DNA of 63,619 bases, counting the filler, from Choristocarpus tenellus KU-1152 (lineage: Eukaryota > Protista > Phaeophyceae): the NCBI GenBank assembly GCA_964200185.2. It is 7 parts of 7 records of this genome, joined end to end, with 100 filler letters (N's around TTAATTAATTAA, not from the genome) between each part and the next. Parts side by side here need not be neighbours in the genome. Positions count along the whole stretch, not along the records: positions 25,692 to 30,234 come from CAXNAD020014074.1; positions 30,335 to 39,400 come from CAXNAD020004029.1; 5 more parts are not named here. One strand, 5' to 3'. Position 1 is the first letter of the stretch, and every line of letters begins with the position of its first letter. Below are positions 25,692-38,500 of this stretch, in pieces. A model generated the notes under the pieces. The model ran no database searches, was not told the origin of the DNA, and saw only the letters and a list, made by a program, of their open reading frames with translations. A program made the translations under genes and the position numbers.

Positions 25692-26864
25692 GGGATGGAT
25701 TGGAAAAGTTTACCCCCACTACTCCGTGTGATATGAATGTGGGAGTGGTGGGGGGGGAGGTAATGAAAAAACATGTATCAGTTGTAGAGATGGTGCGGAG
25801 GACCTTGGCATCTCCAACTGCTGGAAGAAAGGGTTATGGTGGGAGGAGTGTTTATGCAAAGAAGCTCTCAGCCTGGAGTGAAATGGTTCAAACTCTGGTG
25901 GAGAATAATGTAAGAGGGCCAGGGATCAAATGTGAGCATTCTTGTGACATTGTGGCGTGTTCCTGCGAGCAGTGTGCCTGACTGTAGAAGATTTGGTTTC
26001 ATTTTTTCTAGTCAGATGCTTGCACCAGAGATGGCGGCAGCTAACCACAAAATCGCCTTCTATAGCAGTAGCAACAGTAGGAGAGCAAACAAGGGAAATG
26101 GGAGACAAGGAAATGGATGTTCGTTGCACTCTATAAAGCCACGAGGATTTTATTATGTACCTGCTGGTGGCATTGTTTTCACCTTAATCTTCGTACGCTG
26201 ATGAATCTGTTCTTGTTGAGCTAAGACAGAGATGTAGCGATGAGAGACTTGAATTGTTGTTGTGAAGGAATGTGCCCAAGTCCCAGAATACTTTCTGATA
26301 CATTCCACAACTGGATCAAACCTTGCATTTGCTTAAGGGCGTAAGGGCTTGGCAGGAAGAATGCAACTGTGAGAGCTAATGTTAGGTGCAATATCTCCAC
26401 AAGAGTTGATATTGATCATTTTCAATATACCGTTATGCTTTGAAGTACTAGTAATTTTTCTGCCTTCCTGTACCTCTTGGGGGCACGACTCCTATTGACG
26501 AAGAGCCCAATTCATTAGCCCTCTATATCTAGTTGAGTATTCTCAAGTGTTCATAATTCGTTGGGTTCTATAAACTAATTCTTACCCTTAACAGATTTAT
26601 AAGAAGTATAGTTTTTTTTAAAAATAATGCTCTGTACTGTGATGTACCGCACACAATTTTCTGAATCTGTTCGTGTTTACATTATCTGTGTATGTGTATT
26701 ATATATATTGTAAAGATATATATGCTTCTGACCCTCCAGACCACCAGCCCTATTCCCCTCTACCCCTATCCCTCACTTTCAACATCTGTCGGTTGTGAAT
26801 GGAATACATTTCTCTTCCTCAGTTCTCTTCACTTTGAGATACTTGAGAGTCTCCACAATTCATG

Positions 26865-26911
<47 letters not shown>

Positions 26912-27094
26912 TTCCACTGATCGGTCTCCTCCCCTCCCCCTGTACTCCACCTACCTTACTGGGTGATTGACATTTTCGTGAAGAATGGAGGTTGGCTAAG
27001 GCCAGACCTCGGCTCTGTCAGCAAGAAAGACAACGGAGTGGGGAAGAACGAGGAGGGGGACAAGGAAACGGAATCTGCAACTAAGGTCAAGGTG

Positions 27095-27128
<34 letters not shown>

Positions 27129-28785
27129 AAACTCGATAGAAAAGTGTTGTACTGAGTGAAAGTATCTTAGAGGGTACAACTTTTGCCCTGTTTGTCCGTT
27201 TCGGGCTTGACTTCCCTTCGAATTTTTATGACATTTTGCGTACTCCGAAACGTTTTGGAGAAGATAAAATGTGTATGTTATGAAAACGTGTATCTGAAAC
27301 AAGGATATAGACACTTCCTAACAAACACGATAGAGCCAAATTTACATCGAAATCACAGCAATATATTTTGGCCCCCAAATAGACACGGCTCTACCCTCTA
27401 TGATACTTTAACTCACTAAAGTATTCTCCTTTTTGGAGCGATGGAAAAAAATACCTGATGTAAATGAACAGGCCAGGAATAATGTAGGTTTTCTCTTCAG
27501 AAGTATGGCGAGCCTCTCAGGAAAAACTTGAACTTGAATTCCTTTTGAGAAGGGATTTTTTTCATGGAGTATGTGGCTCAAGTCTCACTAGCCCTACTTG
27601 CATCGTTGGGATCATCGCATGCCAAGTGGACTCACATCTTTGCAATTTTGGTGTTCGAATTCGAATCCCCTGCTCTGCCCTTGGTAGCCTATGCACACCA
27701 CCCTGCTTTGGTAGGCATTTTTTTTGCCGTTTTATGTGCTTGTATGTAAAGTCCCTAAGCCTTTCATCTTGCGGATTTCTACACAAATGATCAATCCCCT
27801 GTAATGAATGCAGTCCATATGAGGATATGTCTTTGCTCTGTAACACCATGGAGCAGGTCTAGAAGTTTCTGGACCCATCGCACTATTGAGTTATTTTCTA
27901 GTGTCTTGGAACTGCTACACAGTACATAAACCAAATCCCAAGTAATAGCACAATCCTATAGTAGTTCTTCTCTCAACTTTGGCGTGATCTCAGTTCCGGA
28001 AAACTACTCATTAAGTTTTCATACCCCACAATTACAATATTATTGTAACTGTTCAGAACCAAATGTACCCATGATCTTCCAGCAGTAGCACAGCATTTGA
28101 TACAGGTGAAAGAGGGAGCAGGGGAAGACACCCCAAACTGGCACATGGTGCAAAACAGTATAGGTGGGGCAAGTTTTACCACGTGAGATATGTGTGCACG
28201 AAACATAGGGCATGTGGAAGTGACCTAAAGAAACAAACACAACTGACCCTGCAAAAAAGGATGAAATACTTGCCAATGCTTTAACCAGGCAAGCAAAATG
28301 CAAGGGAGGGAATACCCCCTTCCAACCCATTTTAGCCCCAAGGAACTAGTAAACTTACAATTTCCTATTCTCCACGGGGTTTTTTTTCATTTTTTATGGT
28401 ACCTATTGTTGTTACTCTCTCCTCTGATATTGACCGCATTGCAGTCATGTCAAGTATTCATTGCTGCACCTCCTGTCTGCGCCGCGTTAGATTTCATTTT
28501 TTCCAAAAAAATGTACTTGGGGTCCTCTTCTGCCCTAAGGCTTAGTATTAGTAGGCCAAGTGTTGCAAGTGTTGATACTTTTTTTTATATAAAAAAAAAC
28601 AGGTGTTGATGCTGGACCCCCAGGGACTCATCCGCTGGCTTCTCCCCAAGTTGAAACAGAAGGAGGCGTATGATGTGCTGGTGAGTGCCTGTGAGGTCTT
28701 GAGTGCTGTTGTGCAGCAGGTGGGGTATAAAAAAACCTTGTCTGAACTATCGAGAGTACTCCGGAGTATACACGTTGAGCTTTGA
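25692..28785 (+). CDS. Fragmentary multi-exon gene of unknown function
   Basis: Open, exon-like segments with splice signals: ~25692-25909, from 26016, ~26984-27085 (NGGWLRPDLG...ESATK) and 28603-28719/28785 (VLMLDPQGLIRWLLPKLKQKEAYDVLVSACEVLSAVVQQ, helical-repeat-like). No family recognised. Confidence 0.4.
27154..27414 (+). mobile_element. MITE family A, copy 2
   Basis: TIRs GAGTGAAAGTATCTTAGAGGGTA / TACCCTCTATGATACTTTAACTC, flanked by act|...|act. Confidence 0.9.
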
Positions 28786-29078
28786 AGTACATACATACAA
28801 GGAGGGCCTTTGACCACCCTCAAGTCCACTTCTCATTTGCCTGTAAGATGTCCGCAGTTCCGAAAACGCAGCTCTCTGTTGGCATCTCTCTAGATTGTTT
28901 TGCCATACTTGACTCATGCTGTGTGAAATCTGTGACAAGGTAATGGGAGCATACAGTTTTTCTCAGTAGTATCTGTTGTTACCAGGGCAACCTTCAGTGG
29001 CAAGATGATGTATGATTGTCCAATTGTCCACCTAATGCCTGAGTCCGTTTGCTCTACAATATCTGTAGCCCAGCACTA

Positions 29079-29116
<38 letters not shown>

Positions 29117-29219
29117 TGGTGTTTGCTGTCGCAACAACGCTCGGCATAATTTGCTCAATATAACATTGGTTGTCCTGAAAAATAACCTAGCATATTTTCC
29201 ACATAACTTGCATTGTTGA

Positions 29220-29398
29220 GTCTCAAAGTATCAGGGGGGGGGTGGCGGCTGTCCATTCGGGGCCTATTTTTCCATGTCACAATTATTGGATGATTTGGTT
29301 GCATTCATCAGATGGATAATGTAAGTGCACTTCTCCTGGTCAAGGCTCAAATCGACACACTGGTGTAGGCCCCCTACCTACCCCAGATAATCTGAGCC
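29220..29398 (-). mobile_element. MITE family B, full copy
   Basis: TIRs (GT)CTCAAAGTATCAGGGGG ... CCCCAGATAATCTGAGCC, flanked by tga|...|tga; reverse-complement homologue of 36460-36643. Confidence 0.85.
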
Positions 29399-29684
29399 TG
29401 AGAGCAATCCCTATGATCATTTTCTCGATTACTACTCTGCAAAGGTGCAGCCCACTTATGTATTATTGTTCTTTCACACAATAGTTTGATTCTTTTTTAA
29501 AGGCAATACGAAAGTGAGAGATGGAACAAATTTGGCAGAAGAACAGACAATGCAAAAAAAAGGAGAAATAAAATATGTTGCAGCTCACACCGTCCGTTGT
29601 AAATCAAAAGTTGGGCCCAATTGCTCTGTAGCAGCTGTTGTCTTGGACGATGCCAGGGATCATCATCCAGGACAAGCACTCGAT

Positions 29685-29948
29685 GAGTCAAAGTATCTTA
29701 GAGGGTAGGGTCGCGTCCATTTAGGGGTCAAAATCTAATGTTGCGACTTTTATGTAATTTTGACTATTGTGTTTGTTAGGAAGTGTCAATATCCCTGTTC
29801 CAGACACACCTTTTCACAACGTTAAACATTTTACTGACTCCAAAACATTTCAGAGAAGGAAAATGTCATAAAAAAACCCATGGGAAGTCAAGCCCCAAAC
29901 GGACAAACATGGCAATACTCATACCCTAACCCTAACATACTTTCACTC
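29685..29948 (-). mobile_element. MITE family A, copy 3
   Basis: GAGTCAAAGTATCTTAGAGGGTA ... TACCCTAACCCTAACATACTTTCACTC; reverse orientation relative to copy 2. Confidence 0.9.
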
Positions 29949-30167
29949 GGTACCATTTCCTCTCTAACCATGCGTTGCTTGGGTGAACTATTGGGCCAAT
30001 TTGGTCCCTATCATCCATTGTCCAGGAAGACGCTTGGGATATTTTGCTCTTTGACACCCATTATCTGGACAATGACTTTGTCTGCACAAATTTATCACTG
30101 AAATCTTCAGCTGGGTTATCTGAGCATTACTCTTTCCGAGGTGTGAAGTTTCTCTCACAAAGCTTGA

Positions 30168-30234
30168 GAGTGAAACTATCTTAGAGGGTACGAATTTTTC
30201 CCTGTTTGTCCATTTGTGGGGCTTGGCTTCCCAT
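30168..30234 (+). mobile_element. MITE family A, copy 4 (truncated by spacer)
   Basis: GAGTGAAACTATCTTAGAGGGTACGAATTTTTCCCTGTTTGTCCATTTG... Confidence 0.85.
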
Positions 30235-30334
30235 NNNNNNNNNNNNNNNNNNNNNNNNNNNNNNNNNNNNNNNNNNNNTTAATTAATTAANNNNNNNNNN
30301 NNNNNNNNNNNNNNNNNNNNNNNNNNNNNNNNNN
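30235..30334. other. Artificial contig spacer
   Basis: N44-TTAATTAATTAA-N44. Confidence 0.97.
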
Positions 30335-30369
30335 CCCTCCCCCTCCCCTTCCCCCTCTTACCTCCATAG

Positions 30370-32938
30370 CTATTGCAGCACATCAGGCTACCATTGATCT
30401 CACCAAAGGCCCTCATGTCAGTAGTGCGACCAACAACACTGGTAAATGCTGAGAAGCTGCTTGATGCTCTGGCCTACACATACCACCCAAATCAAGGTGG
30501 CAAGGTGGAAGGGGGCATAAAACTGGTGCGTTGTCTTTTTTGTGGACCCTTAAGAGTGTGATAAGGATGGGGGGTGGTGGACTTAGGAGATGGTAAGTGA
30601 AGTCCTAACCTTGTTCACAAAAGCTCACTGGCAGGGTTGAGGTAAGGGCAGGGACAACGAATAGCCTTTACTGAATAGCTGTGTATTTGCGGCAGGTATT
30701 AGGGCCTCAAGGGTATGCTCTTATTCACATCTCATGCTACAGACATCATCACCATCAGGTTTAGAGTACCACACTTTCTCCCCCTCTTCCGGTCAGGTTC
30801 AACCCCGTGGTAAGAGCTTTGTGTGGGACACCTCCACCCTGACAACGGGCTTCTGGGTTGCAGATGATGAAAGGACAGTTACTTCTTCTGTCAGCGACTG
30901 GGTTATGGTCTCTGGACAGCGAGTCATCAGGTTTGGAACTGTCAAGAGTTTCCTGTGAATACAATAATTATTCCAACCCCCCAACCCCCCAACCCCCCCA
31001 TATCCACTTCCTCCAAACAGGTATTTGCGTCAAACAACCATCAAAGCTGAGGCAGATATTGTCTGTACAACACCTTTGTTGTATGTATTCAAATCTTTCT
31101 ATGCTCTTCCTCCTGTCGACTTTACATTTCGATCATCTTATCTCTTGGACCCATTGCCCTTCTCCCATGGGTATGGATGACTCTTGCTGCTGTTTGGACC
31201 ACCATAGGTCAGGTCACCATCAGTGGCTGGTAAATATCAACAAATTGGGGGCGAGCAAGAAGTGTTCGTCCTGTTGGATGGCTGTGATCGGTGTGGCAAG
31301 ACCCAATTCCCATTTCTCATGTGAGGCCATTCAGGAGTGAAGTTGACTATTGATCATACATTGTATGTTACATGTAGGTGTAGAGGAGGAGGCTTGGGCA
31401 AGGTTGGGTTCATCGAGGGTGCAAATGGAGTGTTTTGGGGTTATATCCCTCTGCAGGGTATGATTGTGAGGATACAATGCTGTGCAAAAACTATTGAATT
31501 TTTTGTGTTCTAATGTGTTGTTGTGTCTGTGGAACGTGGTCCCCTCGTGTTTACTCAAGAATATCATAATTGTAGCCATAAATGTAGCCCAATTTCCAAC
31601 ATGAGACACTTGACTCTAATCCCATTGATATAAAATACTCCAGGGCAGTCAGGTGCATAAACGAAGGCGTTTACTGTATGCAATACAATCTTTGTAGCGG
31701 CTGTGTTTTGTTAGGTCCTTCATCCTGCATGTGGCTTTTTGTTGCCTTCATAATTGCATCTGCAAATGGTCAGTGGGTTAGATAGAGTATAGATACCACC
31801 GCATACTCCAAAGTAGCATAATATTGGGGCATACAAAACATACTCAGTAGTGTTTGTATACAAAACCTTTTCTAGGTTTAAATGGTTTTGTTCGATTCTG
31901 GGAGCGGTGTTTGGTAAGGCGAGTCAATCATTTCGTGGTCAACCGCACCAGCAAGGCGTGAAGATTTCAACTCTGAGTTGGCCACATCAACATGAAGAAT
32001 ATACTATTCCATACGATACCTCAAGGAATGCAACAAAGACACAAGCCAGAATGAAATTTCTAATGGGGCACAACCAGGACATTCCTAATGCACAACATGG
32101 AGGGGGGGGGCACAATTGAGCGAAAACTTCAACACAGTATGAGAAGAAGCGACTCCCCAAGGAGGTAAAGAGGTACCCAATTGTGGAATGACACACAGTC
32201 ACCCCTGCCAACTAAAAAACTAAAGACCTTTTGAGCTGTCACAAAGTCACCCCCTGATATCAGTGTCTTGCCACTTTTGACTGCCTTTCTGGACCGAGGA
32301 CGTATCTTCATCCCAAAAGTCTCCCAACTACCTTCCCCGGTGGTCCCATGGTATCTCAATGTTGGACAATATCCGGGACCATGAGTTGTAGGTCCGAGTC
32401 CTGGCTAGACTGCTCTCTCAACTTTGTATGGTGGAAGTATAATTTTAAATCAGGTTAGGGTCCTGGGTACAAAGGTCCAGCAGCAGTCAGAAACGGCAGG
32501 GAACTATTATTGGGTGGTACATTTGTTGACAAGTTTGCGAGGCAGCTCTGAAACCATCCTTTAAAAGTCTCACGACTTTTCCCACCCACCCTCCACCTAT
32601 CACATCTAACCCCATCCCCTCCACTACTTCGCTCAGCAGGCCGCCCTGATCTCTCCATAACAGGATTTGTAGTAGGAACAGGGGAGCGCACATTGTGGGG
32701 GCGCACTTCAACAGATTACTACTCAGGGAGAAATCCTGCCGTCAAGGATGGTGATACCATTGCTGTGGTGTACGATGCAGATAAAGGGTTGCTGAGCTTC
32801 CTACACAATGGGGTTAATCTTGGAGTGGCGTACAACACAGTGGGGGCACCTGTTGTTCCTGCGATTGGTGTGCAGTCTGCTGGAGCTATGTACTCATTGG
32901 AAGTCAAGGGAGTGAGCAGGGGGGGGGGACTGCACTAG
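30370..32938 (+). CDS. 3' part of a BACK + SPRY/B30.2 domain protein (probable BTB-type cullin-3 adaptor)
   Basis: Exons 30370-30496 (LLQHIRLPLISPKALMSVVRPTTLV, BACK C-terminus), 30759-30930, 31208-31336 (SGHHQWLVNI...VIGVA), a possible small exon near 32455-32515, and a last exon ~32655-32938 (GDTIAVVYDADKGLLSFLHNGVNLGVAY...VVPAI, SPRY). Splice phase before the last exon is unresolved. Confidence 0.8.
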
Positions 32939-35900
32939 GCCCAGGGGTCTCACTATTTCCGTTAAACTTCCTTTTGTGTTTCCTAAATCAACTTGTAGGA
33001 TGGATCACGACCCCTTGTGAGGATTGTTAGCTCTGGCTGTCACTGCAGTTGGTCTACTATACTACTGGAAGGACTCTCCCCTAAGCAGACTTTCAGCTTC
33101 TAGTGTATGATTTGGTTCATTTATCAAGTGTAAGCAAATGACTGTCCTTCAGGCCAGCAAGGCATCGTGATTCGATATGTCTATGCCAACTACATACATA
33201 CGAAACCTTAAATCTTGGTTCAAGGGCTAGAACAAGTATTGTTGTGTAGTGAGGGTATTTTAGTGGTTGTGCATACCATAATGGCTTTGTTTCAAGAGAG
33301 TTTTAAGAAGGATTTGCTCTTCTTACCTTTGCCCCTCCAGCTTTTGCTCACTGCACGATTGTGCTGTTGTTATGTTCAAGGGTATCTAATCGTACTTGGT
33401 CAAAGGGGCCGTTTGCTTCATCTTGTATCGCTCTAAAATCCCTATTGAAGGTATATGCCTATACTCTAGGTCTACTCGCATATCTTAATGAATGTATGTG
33501 GAGCGAAGCAACAGCTGTTTAGTTTGTTATCAGATATCTGTGTATGCCAGGGTAACTGTGTATTTCTTGTATATATGTAGTGTGTGTTTAGTGTTGATTG
33601 CTTCATGGGTAACTATTAAAATTGTGATATCTGAAGCTACACTCAACATGTACCTGTTATGGTCACAAAAGTGCAAGAAAGCCAGCACCACCTGCCTATC
33701 ATTGCTGTGGCCGAACACACTGCGGTCACTGTGTCTCACGAAATACCACACCCACTAGGAGGTGTCACAGACAATGCCAGATGCAGTTGTATGTAACAAT
33801 CTCTACTTAGTAGATAGTAAAACCAGAAAAAGACAACACACATGTGCAAGCACAGTCAACTGGGATGGAGACCTTTCTTGCCTGCTCAAAAGTGTTTGGT
33901 CTTGTGCTGAATGGGAGAGAGATGGCAAAACTTCTGCCTGGAGACACCAATTCACACAGATCATGACCAATGTTGGAGAGGCGAGGTGGGATATGAGGAG
34001 AGCTGTTGCCGAGACTTGTCAAGGCAAGATGACCAGAATATGTAGGAAGAGAGAGAAACTTCTGAGGCTGGACCTTGCTCTCTTGATGTGTCCCACTCTG
34101 ATATTGCTTGTTATCCGTGACTAGCTACTTAACAGAGGTGAAATGCTTTGTATCACAAGAATACTACTTTGAGGGACAACTGAAATAAAAATTCCAAGGT
34201 ATGAATTGAAAATGATATCATCATTACACAGAAACTATAGTCTTTTTCTAACTATCACGTCTCTTTGGAATATTTATTTTTACATAGTACGGAGCACTTA
34301 CGAATGAGGCTGGAAAAGGAGGAATGGCATACACAGTGAACCACTATAACTCCTTCCTCTGGTTGGATGCCATTGTGGAGATCTATGGGCAGAGTCCTAG
34401 CCAATGTAGTTTATATGATCACCACTCATGCACATACTAGGCACACAGACCCCACATCACATGTATTTTTCCTAAATGCTGAATCCGTTGGACTGTCCCT
34501 GAATCATCGAAGTTTTCAATCCCCCTACCAAACTGCTAGTCACTCCTTCTTTTCAATCAACTCTCCAGGCGATCCCATACACAATACGACATTGATCATT
34601 GCGTATCCTATAATCCAAAACGATTTCTGTTAAACATACCTCCTATCCATCACCTCCTTCCTAAAAAAATCTTCTCGTGGCAGCCTTATCTCAAAGACAT
34701 TTCTTTTTCTGGTGCACACAGTTGTCCGCCTCTCTCCCTTCTTTGGGACAGTAGCAACACACTTGGGCACAACACAACATCGCAAGATTACAAACAAACA
34801 ATAAAACACGAGGATTAAATATAAAATACCGATCTCACACTTCTGCTGCTTGATTGAAATGACCCACTTAGAAGGAAGGAATGTATTAGATACAAAGATA
34901 TTGACGTCCTAAATCTGATTGCATGGGGATTGCAAACAAGTAGCAACATTTACCATGCTATAGTAATCCTATTTCTCTACTTTGGAGTACTAAACGATGT
35001 AGTATTCCTCTACACACGTTTCTAACGTTGTCAGTCTACAGAAACTTCATGATCCACACACGATAAGTAAGTGTAGCTTCTCCATCTACTACTATACACA
35101 AATAGGACTTGTAGGTCACAACAGATACATTTATCCTCAACCTCAGGGCTGAAGCGATTGAATGAGGCTTTCATCACCTGTTCCCATTCATCACATACCA
35201 GTAGTATCTCGCGATGTCCCTGCCTGTTCTGTGGGGTTTTTCGCGCCTATTTCCAAGTATACCTACATATAGTAGTCCAGTCAGCCAACAGTGCTATATA
35301 GTGTGCGGTTGTTTGCTTGGCTCAGGATGTATAGGTACTGACCCTGCTTCTGAAGAGCGAAGTGTTTGAGATGGACGCAGAGGGTGGGTGGGGGTGACTA
35401 TTAACAGGTCGTGTTGTGAGCAAATATGTGGATTGGTGTGGAATGAACTCCCAGGAGTGTATGTGCTTGGAGCATAGTGAAGCATGCAACACCATTTTTA
35501 TTTCGTAGTACAAAAAAGTGCAGAATATTACGATACTTCATCCTACGACAAGATAAATTAACGTCAATTTCCTGTCATCATGCAAACCTGCTTCACGACA
35601 TTGAATGATATTTCGCCAACCATCTCAACGAAGCAGGAGTTCTTCTTTTCCTCTTGTGGCACCACCGGTAGACCTCCAAGAATGATTATCACACGCTCAT
35701 TGCTGTGGTCATGTACAACATCCATCACTGAAGGTGTGGTAAATCGACCTGAGATCAAAGCGTCAATTGGCAAAGTAAGAACCAGGAAGCAGCAAGGGAT
35801 TAAAGTGGGCCACAGTCAGCCAAGTGGCATAAAAAGAAAGAAAACGCTGCAAGGCGACTCAGAAATACTACTTTGGGGAAGTCTTCTGTCCTTAGAATGG

Positions 35901-36015
35901 CAGTATAGTGTGGCGCGTACTCCCAGAGATGAAGTAGGGACATAATTTAGGCACTCCCACCCTCCCTCACCACCTTCGCTTTCACCTTCCTCTGTAACAG
36001 ACATCTTTGATCATA

Positions 36016-36270
36016 GAGTTAAAGTACCTTAGAGGGTAGAACTGCGTCCGCTTGGGGGCCAAAATCCAATGTTGCGATTTTGATGTAATTTTAGCCATTG
36101 TGTTTGTTAGGAAGTGTCAATATCCTTGTTCCAGACAAACCTTTTCATAACGTATACATTTTACATACTCCGAAACATTTTGGACTAGGAATGTCATAAA
36201 AAACCGTGCGAAGCCAAACCCCAAACGGATAAACAGGGCAAAAATCTTGCCCTCGAAGATACTTTTACTC
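36016..36270 (-). mobile_element. MITE family A, copy 5
   Basis: GAGTTAAAGTACCTTAGAGGGTA ... TGCCCTCGAAGATACTTTTACTC, flanked by cata|...|cata. Confidence 0.9.
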
Positions 36271-36459
36271 CATAGTCAATTCCAAAACCATCCTCAATGT
36301 GTTCAAACATTTCAGAGAAGAAGATGGAACTTCCTACCTTTCCAAGTCTCCTTCTAGTCCCTTTGCAATGTAATCATTGTCTAAACCCCACTTATGTTCT
36401 CTGACCCTTACGAAATTCTAACAAGCACTCTGTTTTGTACATTGGACTCACTCATGATA

Positions 36460-36643
36460 AACCCAAAGTATCTGGGGGAGGGGAGGGAGTCTACACCAGG
36501 GTGTCCATTTGGGCGAAAAAAACAGGAAAAGTACACTTATATTACCCATCCGACATATGCAACCAAATCACCCAAAAATTGCGACATGAAAAAATTGACC
36601 CCAAATGGGCAGCCGCCACCCCCACCCCCAGATAATTTGAGCC
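36460..36643 (+). mobile_element. MITE family B, full copy
   Basis: CCCAAAGTATCTGGGGG ... CCCCCAGATAATTTGAGCC; homologous to 29220-29398. Confidence 0.85.
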
Positions 36644-37549
36644 ATGAGAAGTGTTACTCTGAAGTAGTGAGTCTTGATGAATCGATGCTACGAAACAGGA
36701 TGTCTATCTTGTAAAAGCACAGTGGTACACGTGGCCTATCCATGAAACAACATGTATGGGTACGATTTTTTATCACCTGCATTGTTGACACTGAAGACGA
36801 ACCTAAATGATGTGGTCTGTGATTCGCTCAAGAGCTCCTCTTTCTTTGCCCTATAAGACTCCACCTGGAAAGAACACATCTGGAGTATCAATGAGGGGGG
36901 GGTGGAACAATTTATTAAGAACTGGCGTATTCAGGAGAGGTGGATTTGGACTCTTGCATGGTAGCAGTACAAGAAGATGTACTTCATACTTCGAAGTGTG
37001 ATGATATTTACACATGCTTAGATCCCACAGGTGGAAATAAGAGTGGGTGGGGTGACCCCATACTTTATATGGAAGACTACGTAGGCATAGGTTTACTGTA
37101 TTATCTGAGGGTAGTCCTCGAGAAGGAAAAAATGTGGCTGGGGCTGGTCCAAAATCAAGGAGATGGAATCAAAACGAAAACAGTCGATGAGAACCAGTAC
37201 CTCCTTTGCACCATTTTATGCTCTATGGTATTGCCCAGGCGGGTGTGAACATATTTTACAATTGCAATGGTGACGATGAAAAGTAGGCAACGTTAATTAT
37301 AGTGGCATCACGAGTATTGGCCCATCTGCGCTATCAGTCGGCAACCCTCTGACACAACATCAATAAAAAAAGCGCCCAAGATGGTTTTACCATTTAGTGC
37401 GCTCCGAAACCTCCCGTAGACTATTTCAAACAATCTATTAGTGCATCTTGTGATGCTGACGCCTCTATTTATACTACGTTTGCACTGTTTTGCGGAGTTA
37501 TGTAGATGACTAAAGTTGCAGCAAGTTAAAGTTGAGAATTCCAATATCA

Positions 37550-38500
37550 AAGCCTGAGATTTCGATGACGCCAACGGCACCTGCAATGCTTCCGTCCCTG
37601 TAACCGAGGGAGCGTTGGAAGCGGTGGCAGTGATCCGACCGACAAGCACGTACTGCTGCGTATTTTGTTCGCTCTTCCTCCTGGTGGTAACCATTATGAG
37701 GTTGGACAAAGTATAAGAAAGTTTGATTCCGCACGACACAGCACTATTGCTGGTGCCCGTTTGATATAACAATGTCCATAGATATCTACTCAATGCAGAG
37801 AACAAGGCATTGACCTGGCAGGAGAAGCTGATTGAGCTCCAATACAGAGAACAGAATTTACGCATTGGTGACAGAACGAGCCTCACCTCCTCGTGATATC
37901 CGCACCACCTCCATTCTTGTGTCCATCGACACGCCCGTGCCTACGCATAAGCAGAGTAGAGAGCTTGGACACGGTTGGCTCAGTTTCCTTCACCTCTTTG
38001 AATAGACTGAGGGGGTATGAGTATTGTGCCGGAAGGTATAACTTGGCGTTGAGGCATAATTATATCGAGAAACGACCAAGAGAGCTTTGCTCAGCCTCGG
38101 TACAACTCAGGAAGAGATAGAGACATATAACACACAACTTACTTGGGTTCTTTTGTTGGAGCTTCGGATGTAGAGTGGAAGAGCGGGTTGTGGCATCCCT
38201 TTATCGTGGTTGTTTGGGCGAGCTTGACTTCAGCTGGGAACAATTGAAACATGTTGTCTGAGTCCCCCTCCTCCTTGCTCAAACTAACTCTGCCCATCGA
38301 AAGTGACCTAAATTTATTGAAGCGCGACCTGCGAACTGGCAAGTCTTCCTCTGTCTTCATAGTGCACGTTACAACCTGTGTTGCGGATATGACTGACAAT
38401 CTCCAAAGGTGTACAGGTAGTGAAAGCGTGGTGTTGCCTTTTAAAGTCGAGCCATATCAGGTACACTTCATTGTTCGTGTCTATTATCACAAATTATTTA
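37550..38500 (+). mobile_element. Possible heavily decayed LTR retrotransposon gag/protease remnant
   Basis: Gag-like YNNVHRYLLNAENKALTWQEKLIELQYREQNL (~37765-37860) and a protease-like PFIVVVWASLT (~38198-38230); resemblance is weak. Confidence 0.3.

Noticed and set aside
28548-28829. Minus-strand SDKVFLY as a UBAC2 rhomboid-like exon belonging to the UBA gene
   Set aside because: The + strand frame has a clear acceptor and more protein-like sequence, the match is short, and it lies across a spacer.
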